A DNA stretch of 64,000 nucleotides, taken from a virus. Taxonomy: Duplodnaviria > Caudoviricetes. This document shows, piece after piece, positions 50,886 through 60,402 of this stretch. The stretch covers positions 28,754-92,753 of the IMG/VR virus record IMGVR_UViG_3300014039_000311; one strand, given 5' to 3'. The notes under the pieces were generated by a model. The model was given only the letters and a program-made list of their open reading frames with translations, did not search any database and was not told where the DNA came from. Both the position numbers and the translations under genes were made by a program. Positions within the stretch are counted from its first letter, which is position 1; the number at the start of each line of letters is the position of its first letter.

Positions 50886-52070
50886 ATGTGTAAAAAAATT
50901 ATTACAAGTGAATTTGTAAGCTGTGGTCATCCTGACAAAATTGCTGATACCATCGCCGATAGCCTATTGGATGCATACCTCAAGGGCGATAAGAATACTC
51001 GTGCAGGTATCGAGGTAATGGTTAAGGATAATATTGTTGTTCTTGGAGGTGAGGTGTCATCAAATGCTGTTATTAACTATGATACAATTGTTCGTTCAGT
51101 GTTTAAGGACTTGTGCTTCCCTTCAAATCACCATCTTCAGCCTGAGAATATTAAGATTATTAACCTTATAGGAAAGCAGTCATCGGAGATTCATAATGGT
51201 GTGGATAAGAGTGATGAGATTATTGGTGCTGGTGATCAAGGTTTTGTCGTGGGTTTTGCCTCTGATGATACTGATGTATATATGCCTTTGGGACACTATT
51301 TGGCAAAGGAGATTTGCCAATGGGTCGCAGAACAGAGAGATAAGGGTCTTGGTCCTGACACTAAATCGCAAGTAATTATCGAACATGATGGATACGAGAA
51401 CAAGGTTAAGTACATCCTTGTGTCAACGATGCATGATAAGAATGTCGACGTTGAGACGGTTAGAAATACTGTGAAAGAAGCTATATTCAGTAACGCCGTC
51501 AGCATAGATAATAAAACATTTGATAAATACCTCAAGGGAAGAGAGAGCGATATTGAAGTCGCAGTCAATCCATGTGGTGCTTGGCATATAGGTGGCCCAA
51601 TATCTGATTGTGGCGTTACTGGCAGAAAACTTGTAGTTGATCAATATGGAGGCTATTCCAACATAGGTGGAGGTGCCTTTGGGGGCAAGGAATATACTAA
51701 GGTTGACCGTTCTGCTGCTTATATGGCAAGGTATATTGCCAAGAATATCGTTGCATCTGGTATTGCAAAGACGGCCAAAGTCGAATTGTCATATGTGATT
51801 GGTGTACCTGAACCATCATCGGTGAATATCGAACTTGGAAGCGCAATCGAGAGTGTTAATATTGAAGCCCTTAAAAAGTGGATACAAAAGAAAGTCAATT
51901 TGACTCCTTATGGTATAATGACAAAGTTCGATTATTCGTTCCCACGTAATCAATTTAACGAAATTTATGGATTTTATGGTGTTGACGTGAATGAAAATAA
52001 AGATTTGGAAAGTTTTTATCCTTGGGAAAAGATCGATTTGGCAGATGAAATCGCCAAAGAATTTAAGTAA
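50886..52070 (+). CDS. metK: S-adenosylmethionine synthetase
   Basis: SEFVSCGHPDKIAD, GAGDQG, DCGVTGRKLVVDQYGG, GGGAFGGKEYTKVDRSAAY. Confidence 0.95.
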   Translation: MCKKIITSEFVSCGHPDKIADTIADSLLDAYLKGDKNTRAGIEVMVKDNIVVLGGEVSSNAVINYDTIVRSVFKDLCFPSNHHLQPENIKIINLIGKQSSEIHNGVDKSDEIIGAGDQGFVVGFASDDTDVYMPLGHYLAKEICQWVAEQRDKGLGPDTKSQVIIEHDGYENKVKYILVSTMHDKNVDVETVRNTVKEAIFSNAVSIDNKTFDKYLKGRESDIEVAVNPCGAWHIGGPISDCGVTGRKLVVDQYGGYSNIGGGAFGGKEYTKVDRSAAYMARYIAKNIVASGIAKTAKVELSYVIGVPEPSSVNIELGSAIESVNIEALKKWIQKKVNLTPYGIMTKFDYSFPRNQFNEIYGFYGVDVNENKDLESFYPWEKIDLADEIAKEFK

Positions 52071-52089
52071 AATAAATTGAATAAAATAA

Positions 52090-52125
52090 TATATGACGGG
52101 CAAGGTTTGTTCGTTATATATTTAT
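52090..52125 (+). terminator. metK terminator hairpin overlapping a TATTTAT late promoter (52119-52125)
   Basis: atatgacgggcaa-ggt-ttgttcgttatat stem with G-U pairs, then T-rich tract. Confidence 0.55.
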
Positions 52126-52148
52126 TTAATATCAAATAATTTAAAAGT

Positions 52149-52907
52149 ATGACTAATAAAGAAATAAACGAATATGCTTTCTTCAAAAAAGGGTTAAGAC
52201 TAATAAACGAGGCAGGAATTAATCGTATACTTAGTCATGGTAAATATGGTTTTATAATAATTTCAGCAAACCGTAGTGAAATTTCAAGCAGTAATCCTCA
52301 TAATGATTTGACTGGAAAATACGAACAGTGGTGTAATGAAAATAAAATTGATAACCCGTCAGATTTCGAGGTAATGAAGCAATGGCTTTCACAGCGTAAT
52401 AAACAAGCTGAAGCCGATTTAAAGGATGAATTGAAGAAATCTCCATTCGCATATACCCCGGTATTCGGAGGTTATCACGGAAGTGATGATGTTACTGATA
52501 GCTTTGAGCCGTCATACATTGTATACTGTCACGGTAAACATTATGCGACCGACTATTATCCATTCGAGAAATTGTTCAAATTCGCATTACATTTGTGTAA
52601 TGAATATCAGCAAGACAGCGTTTATATTCAAGCGCCTGACGAAGCTCCTATATGGGTTAACGGAGAAGGTGTAAAAATAAACAAAACGTCCACTAAAAAA
52701 TTTAAAATAAATGACTTCTCACAAACATATTATACAACTGTAAATAGAAGTAAACGAGATACCAAGGAAATGGGTCTTGACACTAAGCCACAAAGATTCA
52801 CGGCAGATATTCAGTTTGAAAGTAAAATGTATACTGTACCGGGTCCAAGTACTTACTTTGATAGAATGAAAAGAGAAACACTCGGAGAGGTATTTTTAAA
52901 TAATTAA
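52149..52907 (+). CDS. SAM lyase-like protein (T3 gp0.3 SAMase/DUF3293-like) with IxE leader
   Basis: FIIISANR, GGYHG, FEPSYIV, LCNEYQQDSVYI parallel the recalled T3 SAMase motifs VSAFR, GCYRE, EEKTV, CNEWEQDCVLV. Confidence 0.6.
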   Translation: MTNKEINEYAFFKKGLRLINEAGINRILSHGKYGFIIISANRSEISSSNPHNDLTGKYEQWCNENKIDNPSDFEVMKQWLSQRNKQAEADLKDELKKSPFAYTPVFGGYHGSDDVTDSFEPSYIVYCHGKHYATDYYPFEKLFKFALHLCNEYQQDSVYIQAPDEAPIWVNGEGVKINKTSTKKFKINDFSQTYYTTVNRSKRDTKEMGLDTKPQRFTADIQFESKMYTVPGPSTYFDRMKRETLGEVFLNN

Positions 52908-52930
52908 ATATAAATTTTAAAACAAAAAAT

Positions 52931-53773
52931 ATGGCAACTATATTAAACGAAAATAAGCTAAAGAGTATCATCCGTGAAAGTATTAACAAAATGCTCAATG
53001 AAAGTACCCTTAACCGCATCGAAGAATATATCAAGAATGAGGAATGCGCAATAATAACAGCGTGGCGAGACACATTACAAAATGTGACAAAAGAAACCTT
53101 TACACCTAAACACATTACTCACGAAAAAGGGCATCGAGGAAACAAGATTGTAACTGATGCAATGTTTAATGTCGGTGACAAATTTAGTACCGAAGAAAAA
53201 AAGTTTTATAATCGTGAATTAAAGGCTAAGTTACTTAAATATGGTTATGGCGTAACGCAGGTTCGAGGCACATACCGTGAAAGTGGCATCGAAGGGCAAG
53301 AAGAATCCTTATTTGTCGTCAATCGTAATAATGACCCTAATTTCAAGGATGTCTTATTTAAACTTTCTGAATATTATAATCAAGATTCTTTCTTGTATTC
53401 GCCAAAAGGAACAACAGAGGGTTATTTGATAGGGACTAATACATATGATTATCCTGGTTATAAGAATACTGTTCGCAGTGGACAATTTCGTAAAAATATA
53501 CAATCGATGTTTATGAGTCGAATAGGTAATAAAGGCTTCAGCTTTACTGATGGTAAAGAAATAGATAAGACTGATCCTGATAGGTTTAATAAATTGGATA
53601 ATGGCGACAATAATTATGAAATCGATAAACCCATGACATTCAAAGATAGAAAGCAAGAACGAATAAAAGGACTTAGTAATGAAAGTATTGAACGTTTATT
53701 GCGTATAGAAACTTATGAAGCGGCATCAATCAATGGCAAACATGCTATCTGCATATGTGCAAGAGGTCTATAA
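52931..53773 (+). CDS. second SAM lyase-like paralog with LxE leader
   Basis: IITAWR, GTYRE, QEESLFV, SEYYNQDSFLY; leader MATILNENKLKSIIRESINKMLNE. Confidence 0.6.
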   Translation: MATILNENKLKSIIRESINKMLNESTLNRIEEYIKNEECAIITAWRDTLQNVTKETFTPKHITHEKGHRGNKIVTDAMFNVGDKFSTEEKKFYNRELKAKLLKYGYGVTQVRGTYRESGIEGQEESLFVVNRNNDPNFKDVLFKLSEYYNQDSFLYSPKGTTEGYLIGTNTYDYPGYKNTVRSGQFRKNIQSMFMSRIGNKGFSFTDGKEIDKTDPDRFNKLDNGDNNYEIDKPMTFKDRKQERIKGLSNESIERLLRIETYEAASINGKHAICICARGL

Positions 53774-53794
53774 TAAAATATTATTCTAAATTAA

Positions 53795-54664
53795 ATGTCA
53801 AAAATATATAGTGATTATCGTGATAGGTTTAAACGATTAGTTGAATACACGGTGCATAACGATAAAGGCACTGTCGAGATTGGTGTTGATAATGCTGACA
53901 CTAACGGGTGGCAGTTCATAGGTGAAATTATATATGGAGGTTCTGATTGGCGTAAGAACGAAAGAAAATACATCCTATGTTATCCCGACTATACAGAAGA
54001 AATCATTAATTCAATAGGATTTAGTAGTTTCATAGGTAATTACCTTTCTATAAACGCTGACCCTAAAGGCTCTGATGGTGGAAAATACTTTTATTCGCTG
54101 TTTGATAGTCGTTTCGATAAAATAAGACTCAATGATGAATATAAAAATGGTATATTTGCATTGATATTTAAAAACTATCTCGTCGATGACGGTGATGATG
54201 CTACTCAAGGTTATAGAGAGCAGAAACATCAAGAGTTTATGGGAAAGGTATTCCAAGTGGGCGACAACGTTATAATGCATCATAATAGTTCGGCGAAGAT
54301 AACCGATGGCGTTATTAAACCAGGGATGCCTAAGAATAGTTATTCAAACAACAATGATTGGGGAATATATTTTTGGGCGAGTCGCAATAGTGGTGCTGAT
54401 CAATCTAGCGGAGGAGAATATACCTATTATTGTATTGTTCCTATCGAAGAAACTTATGATGTCGAAAACAATATTGAGAATTTTAAGAGTGATAAGGAAG
54501 CAATAACTAAATATCCATATCAATTAAAGGATTGGAAGAATGGTCAAGCTATCGCTTGTCAGACGAACAAGCCTACACCAATATGGAGAATTAGGTCAAA
54601 CTCTAACGGTAAATGGTTTGACAATGAATGGCAAGAGGTTGAAAAACCAAGTATTTTAGATTAA
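53795..54664 (+). CDS. hypothetical protein, possible ART-like C-terminal domain
   Basis: VIMHHNSS...IKPG...GIYFW pattern; N-terminal RLVE site. Confidence 0.45.
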   Translation: MSKIYSDYRDRFKRLVEYTVHNDKGTVEIGVDNADTNGWQFIGEIIYGGSDWRKNERKYILCYPDYTEEIINSIGFSSFIGNYLSINADPKGSDGGKYFYSLFDSRFDKIRLNDEYKNGIFALIFKNYLVDDGDDATQGYREQKHQEFMGKVFQVGDNVIMHHNSSAKITDGVIKPGMPKNSYSNNNDWGIYFWASRNSGADQSSGGEYTYYCIVPIEETYDVENNIENFKSDKEAITKYPYQLKDWKNGQAIACQTNKPTPIWRIRSNSNGKWFDNEWQEVEKPSILD

Positions 54665-54838
54665 TTAACGATAAAGATTATAATGTTGTCACAAAAAAGT
54701 ACTACCTTTGTGACAACATTTTATATATAAGATGACATATGAGTAATAATAAAGGCAATGGTGCATTAGCTCTCATGCTAAAAGCTGCGTGCGCTGATGG
54801 CAATGCAATGGAATTATTAAATAAAGAGTAAATTGCCA

Positions 54839-55831
54839 ATGACTGCAAGAAAAACTACGAGGCAATTTATCTTAGAGGCAAAAAAAGTACATGGAAATAA
54901 GTATAATTATTCAAAGACAAAATATATTAACGCAAAAGTCAAAGTCTGTATTATATGCCCCGAACACGGAGAATTTTGGCAGACACCGTATAAACATTTA
55001 AATGGGCACGGATGCCACAAATGCTGTAAGACCGGTATTAAGTACACCACAAAAGAATTTAAAGATAAAGTGAATGAGATACATAATGGAGAGATATATG
55101 TCGCTAATGACGCACTCTATGTTAATTCTCACACGAATATAAAAATGATATGCCCTAAACATGGTGAATTTTGGACGAAGCCTAATTACATTCTTAGTCG
55201 TCATGGCTGTCCGAAATGTGGTATTAAAAAGGTAAAGGAGAAAATGAGTTTCACAATTGAAGACTTTATTAAAAAGGCTAAAGGCATTCATAAAGACGAA
55301 TATGATTATCAATTAAGTGAATACAATGGATACGATATGCCTATTAAGATTATTTGTCACAAAGCAGATAAAAATGGAAAAGAGCACGGAGTATTTTTAC
55401 AGTCACCGCATTCACATTTATCAGGGCATGGCTGTCCTTTATGTAAAATGAGCAATTTGGAACGGAAAATATATTGCTTATTAAAAGAATATAATATAAA
55501 ATTTGAATATGAGAAAAATTTTAAATGGTTAGGCTTACAGACATTAGACTTTTACCTACCTGATTATAATGTCGCTATTGAATGTCAAGGGATACAACAT
55601 TTTGAACCTTGCAATTTCGGCAGTACTATAAAAACGCCTCAAGAAATGTTTGATTATGTAAGGGAATGCGATAATAGAAAATATAAATTATGTAACGAAA
55701 ATGGTGTAAGATTGTTATATTACAAACAAGGTAAATTACCTTCATGGGTGATAAATGCAGATGAATATTATTCGAATAAAAAAAGATTAATTAAATCAAT
55801 AATAACAAATGGAAAATATAAAGATATTTAA
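54839..55831 (+). CDS. free-standing endonuclease (3 zinc-ribbon repeats + Vsr/DUF559-like domain)
   Basis: CPEHGEFWQTP..HL.GHGC repeats; TLDFYLPDYNVAIECQGIQH. Confidence 0.75.
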   Translation: MTARKTTRQFILEAKKVHGNKYNYSKTKYINAKVKVCIICPEHGEFWQTPYKHLNGHGCHKCCKTGIKYTTKEFKDKVNEIHNGEIYVANDALYVNSHTNIKMICPKHGEFWTKPNYILSRHGCPKCGIKKVKEKMSFTIEDFIKKAKGIHKDEYDYQLSEYNGYDMPIKIICHKADKNGKEHGVFLQSPHSHLSGHGCPLCKMSNLERKIYCLLKEYNIKFEYEKNFKWLGLQTLDFYLPDYNVAIECQGIQHFEPCNFGSTIKTPQEMFDYVRECDNRKYKLCNENGVRLLYYKQGKLPSWVINADEYYSNKKRLIKSIITNGKYKDI

Positions 55832-56630
55832 TGAAGATTGTAGAGAAACTATGAGGAGGCTTAAGTTAAATAACGTAAAAGTCGACCTTACTGTAACTTC
55901 GCCTCCATATGATGATTTGAGAACTTATAATAATTCATCTGAATGGAATTTTGACATTTTTAAACAAGTAGCTCAAGGATTATGGGATATTACTTCGGAT
56001 GGTGGCGTAGTTGTGTGGGTCGTTGGTGATGCAACCATTAATGGTAGTGAAACTGGTACTTCTTTCAAACAAGCCCTCTACTTTATGGAACTTGGCTTCA
56101 AATTACACGATACTATGCTGTATGAAAAAAATAGCTCATCGTTTCCGTCCTCAAGAAAAAGTAAACGTTACACTCAAATTTTTGAATATATGTTTGTGTT
56201 CGTCAAAGGTAAAATAAGAACTTGTAATCTTATCTGCGACAAACCTAATAAATGGGCAGGACATACCAATTGGGGAAATAATACACAATATAATAAGGAC
56301 GGTGAGTTAATACCAACGAACAATATTAAACCAGTTCCAGATTTTTCACCACGTAACAACATATGGAAATATACCGTAGGCTTTAATGTTAATGAAGGTA
56401 AACATCCTGCGGTTTTCCCATATAAATTGGCGGAAGACCATATATTGACTTGGAGTAATGAAGGTGATACAATCTTTGATCCATTTATGGGCAGTGGTAC
56501 AACAGGCTTTGCTGCCATTCATAACAATAGGAAATTTATTGGCTGCGAAATAGATAGAACGTATTTTGATGCCTTCGAACAGAATTATAAGAAATATCAA
56601 AAAAGGTGGGAAAAGGAGACTACTAATTGA
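55809..56630 (+). CDS. DNA amino-methyltransferase (N4C/N6A, beta class)
   Basis: TSPPY motif IV before DPFMGSGTT motif I; HPAVFP. Confidence 0.9.
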   Translation: MENIKIFNEDCRETMRRLKLNNVKVDLTVTSPPYDDLRTYNNSSEWNFDIFKQVAQGLWDITSDGGVVVWVVGDATINGSETGTSFKQALYFMELGFKLHDTMLYEKNSSSFPSSRKSKRYTQIFEYMFVFVKGKIRTCNLICDKPNKWAGHTNWGNNTQYNKDGELIPTNNIKPVPDFSPRNNIWKYTVGFNVNEGKHPAVFPYKLAEDHILTWSNEGDTIFDPFMGSGTTGFAAIHNNRKFIGCEIDRTYFDAFEQNYKKYQKRWEKETTN

Positions 56631-56759
56631 TATGTGTCAAAAATACATCATTTTTAACGAAAAATATTTGGATATTTGGGCATAATGTAGTATCTTTGCA
56701 ACGTCTTTTTAAAAGATAGACATAATTATTTTAATAATTTAAATTTTTAATAAAAAAAA

Positions 56760-56921
56760 ATGAAAAAGATTTTATTTTTTGCTATCACTATGGTAGCACT
56801 TAGTTTTGCCACTTCTTGTGGTAGTTCAGCAACAAAGTCATCAGATGAGGTTGACTCAGTAAAGGTAGACACTACAAATGTAGATTCAGCAAGTGTTGAT
56901 TCTACAGCATTTTCAAAGTAA
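56760..56921 (+). CDS. small Bacteroidota-type lipoprotein (not in ORF track)
   Basis: MKKILFFAITMVALSFATSC-GSS lipoprotein signal; D-S/T-rich tail; TTTG-N20-TATCTTTG promoter 56667-56698; hairpin downstream. Confidence 0.8.
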   Translation: MKKILFFAITMVALSFATSCGSSATKSSDEVDSVKVDTTNVDSASVDSTAFSK

Positions 56922-56986
56922 TTAGGTTTACTTTGTGACAATGATTCGCACAATGATTTTAATATCATTATGCGAATTTTTTATTT

Positions 56987-57523
56987 TTATAAACCTATTC
57001 GATGCTTGAAATCCTTAATACACTCCTCTTTATTGTAATTTGCATCACGTCCATTTCCAGGATCGTAATATCTTACCTTATTGAGGAATTTAGTATCCTC
57101 TTCATCATCATTACCTAATGCAATCTTTCTGAAACGGTCGAACGCATTACCCTTGGTTGGGATATAACCTCTGAATTCTTTTCCGTCCCAATACACGACG
57201 AAAAATATGGCAGCTTCCCAATCTCCACCGAATTGACCTTGTATAAATGGAACACCATCAGCAGTTTTAATGTCTCCTATTATATCGAAATTTTCTTCAT
57301 CGTGTTCGATTTTATTTAAATCGTTTTTCAAATGTTTCGGGGCGTTCGAATTGTACCTCATTGCCCCAATAAATTGACCGGCTGTGATTTTCTTATTGTC
57401 GTATTTATTTGGGTTATCACTTTTACGACAATGTTTCTTATATACCTTACCCATATTAGCTGTGAATTCATCTATCGAAATCTTTGGGGCAGTCCTACTA
57501 TTTTGTGGATAATCAACATCCAT
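56987..57523 (-). CDS. hypothetical protein (an in-frame LxE leader lies upstream beyond a TGA)
   Basis: GGDWE...VVYWDGKEFRGYIP motif; upstream frame MLINLNEKSLRSIIRE...K*PN from ATG 57607. Confidence 0.6.
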   Translation of the reverse strand: MDVDYPQNSRTAPKISIDEFTANMGKVYKKHCRKSDNPNKYDNKKITAGQFIGAMRYNSNAPKHLKNDLNKIEHDEENFDIIGDIKTADGVPFIQGQFGGDWEAAIFFVVYWDGKEFRGYIPTKGNAFDRFRKIALGNDDEEDTKFLNKVRYYDPGNGRDANYNKEECIKDFKHRIGL

Positions 57524-57710
57524 ATTCGGTCATTTATATGTAATCGTTTTAGCTATAGCTTCTCTTATTATACTTCTTAAACTTTTTTCATTTAAGTTTA
57601 TTAACATCTTATTTAACTTATTTTATAATAATAAATATGGTGATTTCATTATAAAATATTACTTTTGCAATTGATAAAAAGTTTGTTTAAATTTTAAATT
57701 TACGAGTCTC

Positions 57711-58010
57711 ATGATATTTGGATACGCAATAATGCAACCAAGAATACAATGCGATTTAGATACCGATTATCAAGAAATCGCAAGATCGGGATTGAAACGA
57801 ATACGTTTATTTTTGAATGAAAAAGAACGAGATGAATCGGCTGAAAAAGTAAGGTATGATAGTCGTTACGACTTAGAAGCTGAAAAATTCATAACAAAAT
57901 CGAATCAAGGTAAACTTAAGATTATATCATATAAGCAATATTATGAAATGGTACAAAGAATTAGACAACTAGAGGAAGAGCTATCTAAATATAAAAGCAA
58001 TGAACAATAA
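57711..58010 (+). CDS. hypothetical protein
   Basis: First ORF after TACTTTTG promoter at 57660-57667. Confidence 0.55.
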   Translation: MIFGYAIMQPRIQCDLDTDYQEIARSGLKRIRLFLNEKERDESAEKVRYDSRYDLEAEKFITKSNQGKLKIISYKQYYEMVQRIRQLEEELSKYKSNEQ

Positions 58011-58641
58011 AATTAAAACAGGATATTTTTTCGGCACATTCAATCCGATACATAATGGTCACTTATCGATGGCAAATTATATATTGGATAATACGGATAT
58101 TGATAGAGTGGATTTCGTGATAAGTCCAAATTCACCATTTAAAGAACATTCAGATATGTTATTAGATTTCCCACATCGATGCAATCTAATCAGAGAGGCT
58201 ATAAAAGATAATGGTCGACTTAATTACAATTGTATTGAATATGAATTACTCCACGAAAGTCAAGAAAATCGGATATATACTTGCGATACCTTAAATAAAT
58301 CGCAAGAAATCGAAGGTAAAGAATACGAAATTGCTTTAATTTTAGGCGAGGATAATTTTGCAAATATTGAAAGTTTTAAAAATTACTATCAGATTTTGAG
58401 GAATTTCGAAATTTATGTATGCCCAAGGACTGAAAAGTTAGTAAAATTGGATTATAAAGTTACTAATTTTAACAAATATGGAAAAATCAAAGGCGTAAAT
58501 TTCTTAAATTCGATGCCGATCAATACCGTCAGTTCAACATTCATTAGAAATGAGATTAAAAATAGGCATTTCAATACAATTTCAAGCCTTTTACCAAAAA
58601 AAGTAATTAATTTAATAAAATATGGAAAATTATATCAATAG
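58000..58641 (+). CDS. nadD: nicotinate/nicotinamide mononucleotide adenylyltransferase
   Basis: FFGTFNPIHNGH, SPNSPFK, YTCDTL, ILGEDN, VSSTFIR. Confidence 0.9.
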   Translation: MNNKIKTGYFFGTFNPIHNGHLSMANYILDNTDIDRVDFVISPNSPFKEHSDMLLDFPHRCNLIREAIKDNGRLNYNCIEYELLHESQENRIYTCDTLNKSQEIEGKEYEIALILGEDNFANIESFKNYYQILRNFEIYVCPRTEKLVKLDYKVTNFNKYGKIKGVNFLNSMPINTVSSTFIRNEIKNRHFNTISSLLPKKVINLIKYGKLYQ

Positions 58642-58942
58642 AGAAAGTAAGATTTTATATCTTACATTGAAGAAACAATGGTTCGATTTAATTAACAGCG
58701 GAAATAAAACCGAGGAATATCGTGAAATAAAGCCGTATTGGACTAAACGTCTTGAAGACCGTAAATATGACTTCGTTGAATTTCGTCACGGTTATAGTTC
58801 AGATGCACCTAAAATGTTGTTCGCTATAAAAGACATTACAATTTCGACAGGAAAAATCGAATGGGGTGCCGAAAAGGATGTTAAATATTATGTAATTAAA
58901 CTAGGAGAACGATTGGTTCTATCGGAAAATAAAAACATTTAA
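58622..58942 (+). CDS. ASCH domain protein
   Basis: LTLKKQWFDLINSGNKTEEYRE motif. Confidence 0.8.
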   Translation: MENYINRESKILYLTLKKQWFDLINSGNKTEEYREIKPYWTKRLEDRKYDFVEFRHGYSSDAPKMLFAIKDITISTGKIEWGAEKDVKYYVIKLGERLVLSENKNI

Positions 58943-59219
58943 TCCTTCAGCTAAGATAATTTTTGTCGCCCCAATTCCTAATAGGGTGAAAACCGAGGAT
59001 AATAGATTGATAGTTAATAATAGAACCACGATAGCTTCTACTGTAATTTCTCAGTTTTCGAAGAATCACATTGATTGCTATTTCGTCGAGACACCTTTGT
59101 TGGATACCGGTTATTATCAAAGAGATAACATTCATCTGACGAATCAAGGTTATCGTAAATTAGGAAATAAAGTGGGCACTGAAATCAATTCCATTTTACG
59201 GAAAATATCAAGCTACTAA
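58905..59219 (+). pseudogene. C-terminal remnant of an SGNH/GDSL hydrolase
   Basis: Open frame IKTFNPSAKIIFVAPIP...DNIHLTNQGY (DxxH block V) lacks an N-terminal GDS block and overlaps the ASCH gene end. Confidence 0.55.
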
Positions 59220-59249
59220 ACATATTATATAGTAACTTGATACCGTAAA

Positions 59250-59459
59250 TTATTTATTTGCGAAATATGCCTTTAAAGCCGCCTGTGCCTTTTCTTTTGA
59301 AGCATATTTCGCTTTCCAATCACCATCTTTCTCGTTATCGCCTTTCCCCTTGTGACCACGGATTTTCCATACACCATTTTCCTTATGGATAACATTACTT
59401 AATTCTTCCCTTATAAGGTCTCTTAATTTATTTTCATCTATTTTAATTGACATCATCAT
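59250..59459 (-). CDS. small putative head-packaged protein
   Basis: IKIDENKLRDLIREEL leader; basic C-terminus. Confidence 0.55.
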   Translation of the reverse strand: MMMSIKIDENKLRDLIREELSNVIHKENGVWKIRGHKGKGDNEKDGDWKAKYASKEKAQAALKAYFANK

Positions 59460-59521
59460 TAAATAAGCATTATCTTTAATAGATAAATATTTATTATTAT
59501 AATAAATATTAAACTCTCGCT

Positions 59522-60004
59522 ATGAAACAAAATACTTTAAGAAAAAGAATTATGAACGAGGTTAAGACACAAATCTGTAATATTGTAAATGAAGAAATAA
59601 CCAAGATTACTGAAAGACAGAAACTCAAGAATAAAATTAAGCCTCTTGTCACAGAAGAATTGAAACGTATGGTCAACGAGGGAAAGGACTATGCGAAACT
59701 TCAAGAGGTTATTTGGGTTGATGGCAGTAGTGGCCGAGGAGATGAAAATGATATGGAGACGCTTAACCAAATGTATGATAACAATGACTATCAAGGAATG
59801 TTAGACTATTTGGCACAATGGGACTATGGTGAAGACAGTGGAGGCGAGATATATGATGACGTGCAACAGTATGACGACGTTCTATTAGAAACACCTGAAT
59901 ATATCCTCGTTACAGTAGACCCTATTCATTATATGGGAGATAGGGCATACGGTCTCTATGTAAAGATTTCGGCAGACGAAGCCAAACAAAGAGGATTACT
60001 TTAA
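59522..60004 (+). CDS. putative head-packaged protein
   Basis: Repeated xNE/xTE sites in the N-terminal third; overlapping divergent TATTTAT motifs at 59483-59494. Confidence 0.55.
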   Translation: MKQNTLRKRIMNEVKTQICNIVNEEITKITERQKLKNKIKPLVTEELKRMVNEGKDYAKLQEVIWVDGSSGRGDENDMETLNQMYDNNDYQGMLDYLAQWDYGEDSGGEIYDDVQQYDDVLLETPEYILVTVDPIHYMGDRAYGLYVKISADEAKQRGLL

Positions 60005-60087
60005 AAGCATTAACGTCTATTAACGGAAATTCCTTGGAGTTTCCGTTTTTATTTTGTACCTTTGCACCATAAGAATTAACAAGCACT

Positions 60088-60402
60088 ATGGCAAGGCGTA
60101 AAATTATCAAAGAGACAATCGATAGATTAAAGTCAGATTTCTACGATGTTGACAATGAATATTTAAGGCAATATTCAGATGAAATTCGTTATGAATTTTC
60201 ATCAAATGGAAGAATGAAAAAAACGAAACGTAGAAGTTTCGCATGGGTAGTAAAGAACGCATTGAATGAAATCAAGACCGACTTCGAAAAATATACGGAT
60301 GGTAATCCCACGATGACTTTCGAAGACCTTAATATCTCATTGAATGGTGAATTGGTCGATGAATGTTTCAAAAAGTACTGTGATGAATCCTTTAATATTT
60401 GA
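60088..60402 (+). CDS. hypothetical protein
   Basis: TACCTTTG promoter 60057-60064. Confidence 0.55.
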   Translation: MARRKIIKETIDRLKSDFYDVDNEYLRQYSDEIRYEFSSNGRMKKTKRRSFAWVVKNALNEIKTDFEKYTDGNPTMTFEDLNISLNGELVDECFKKYCDESFNI

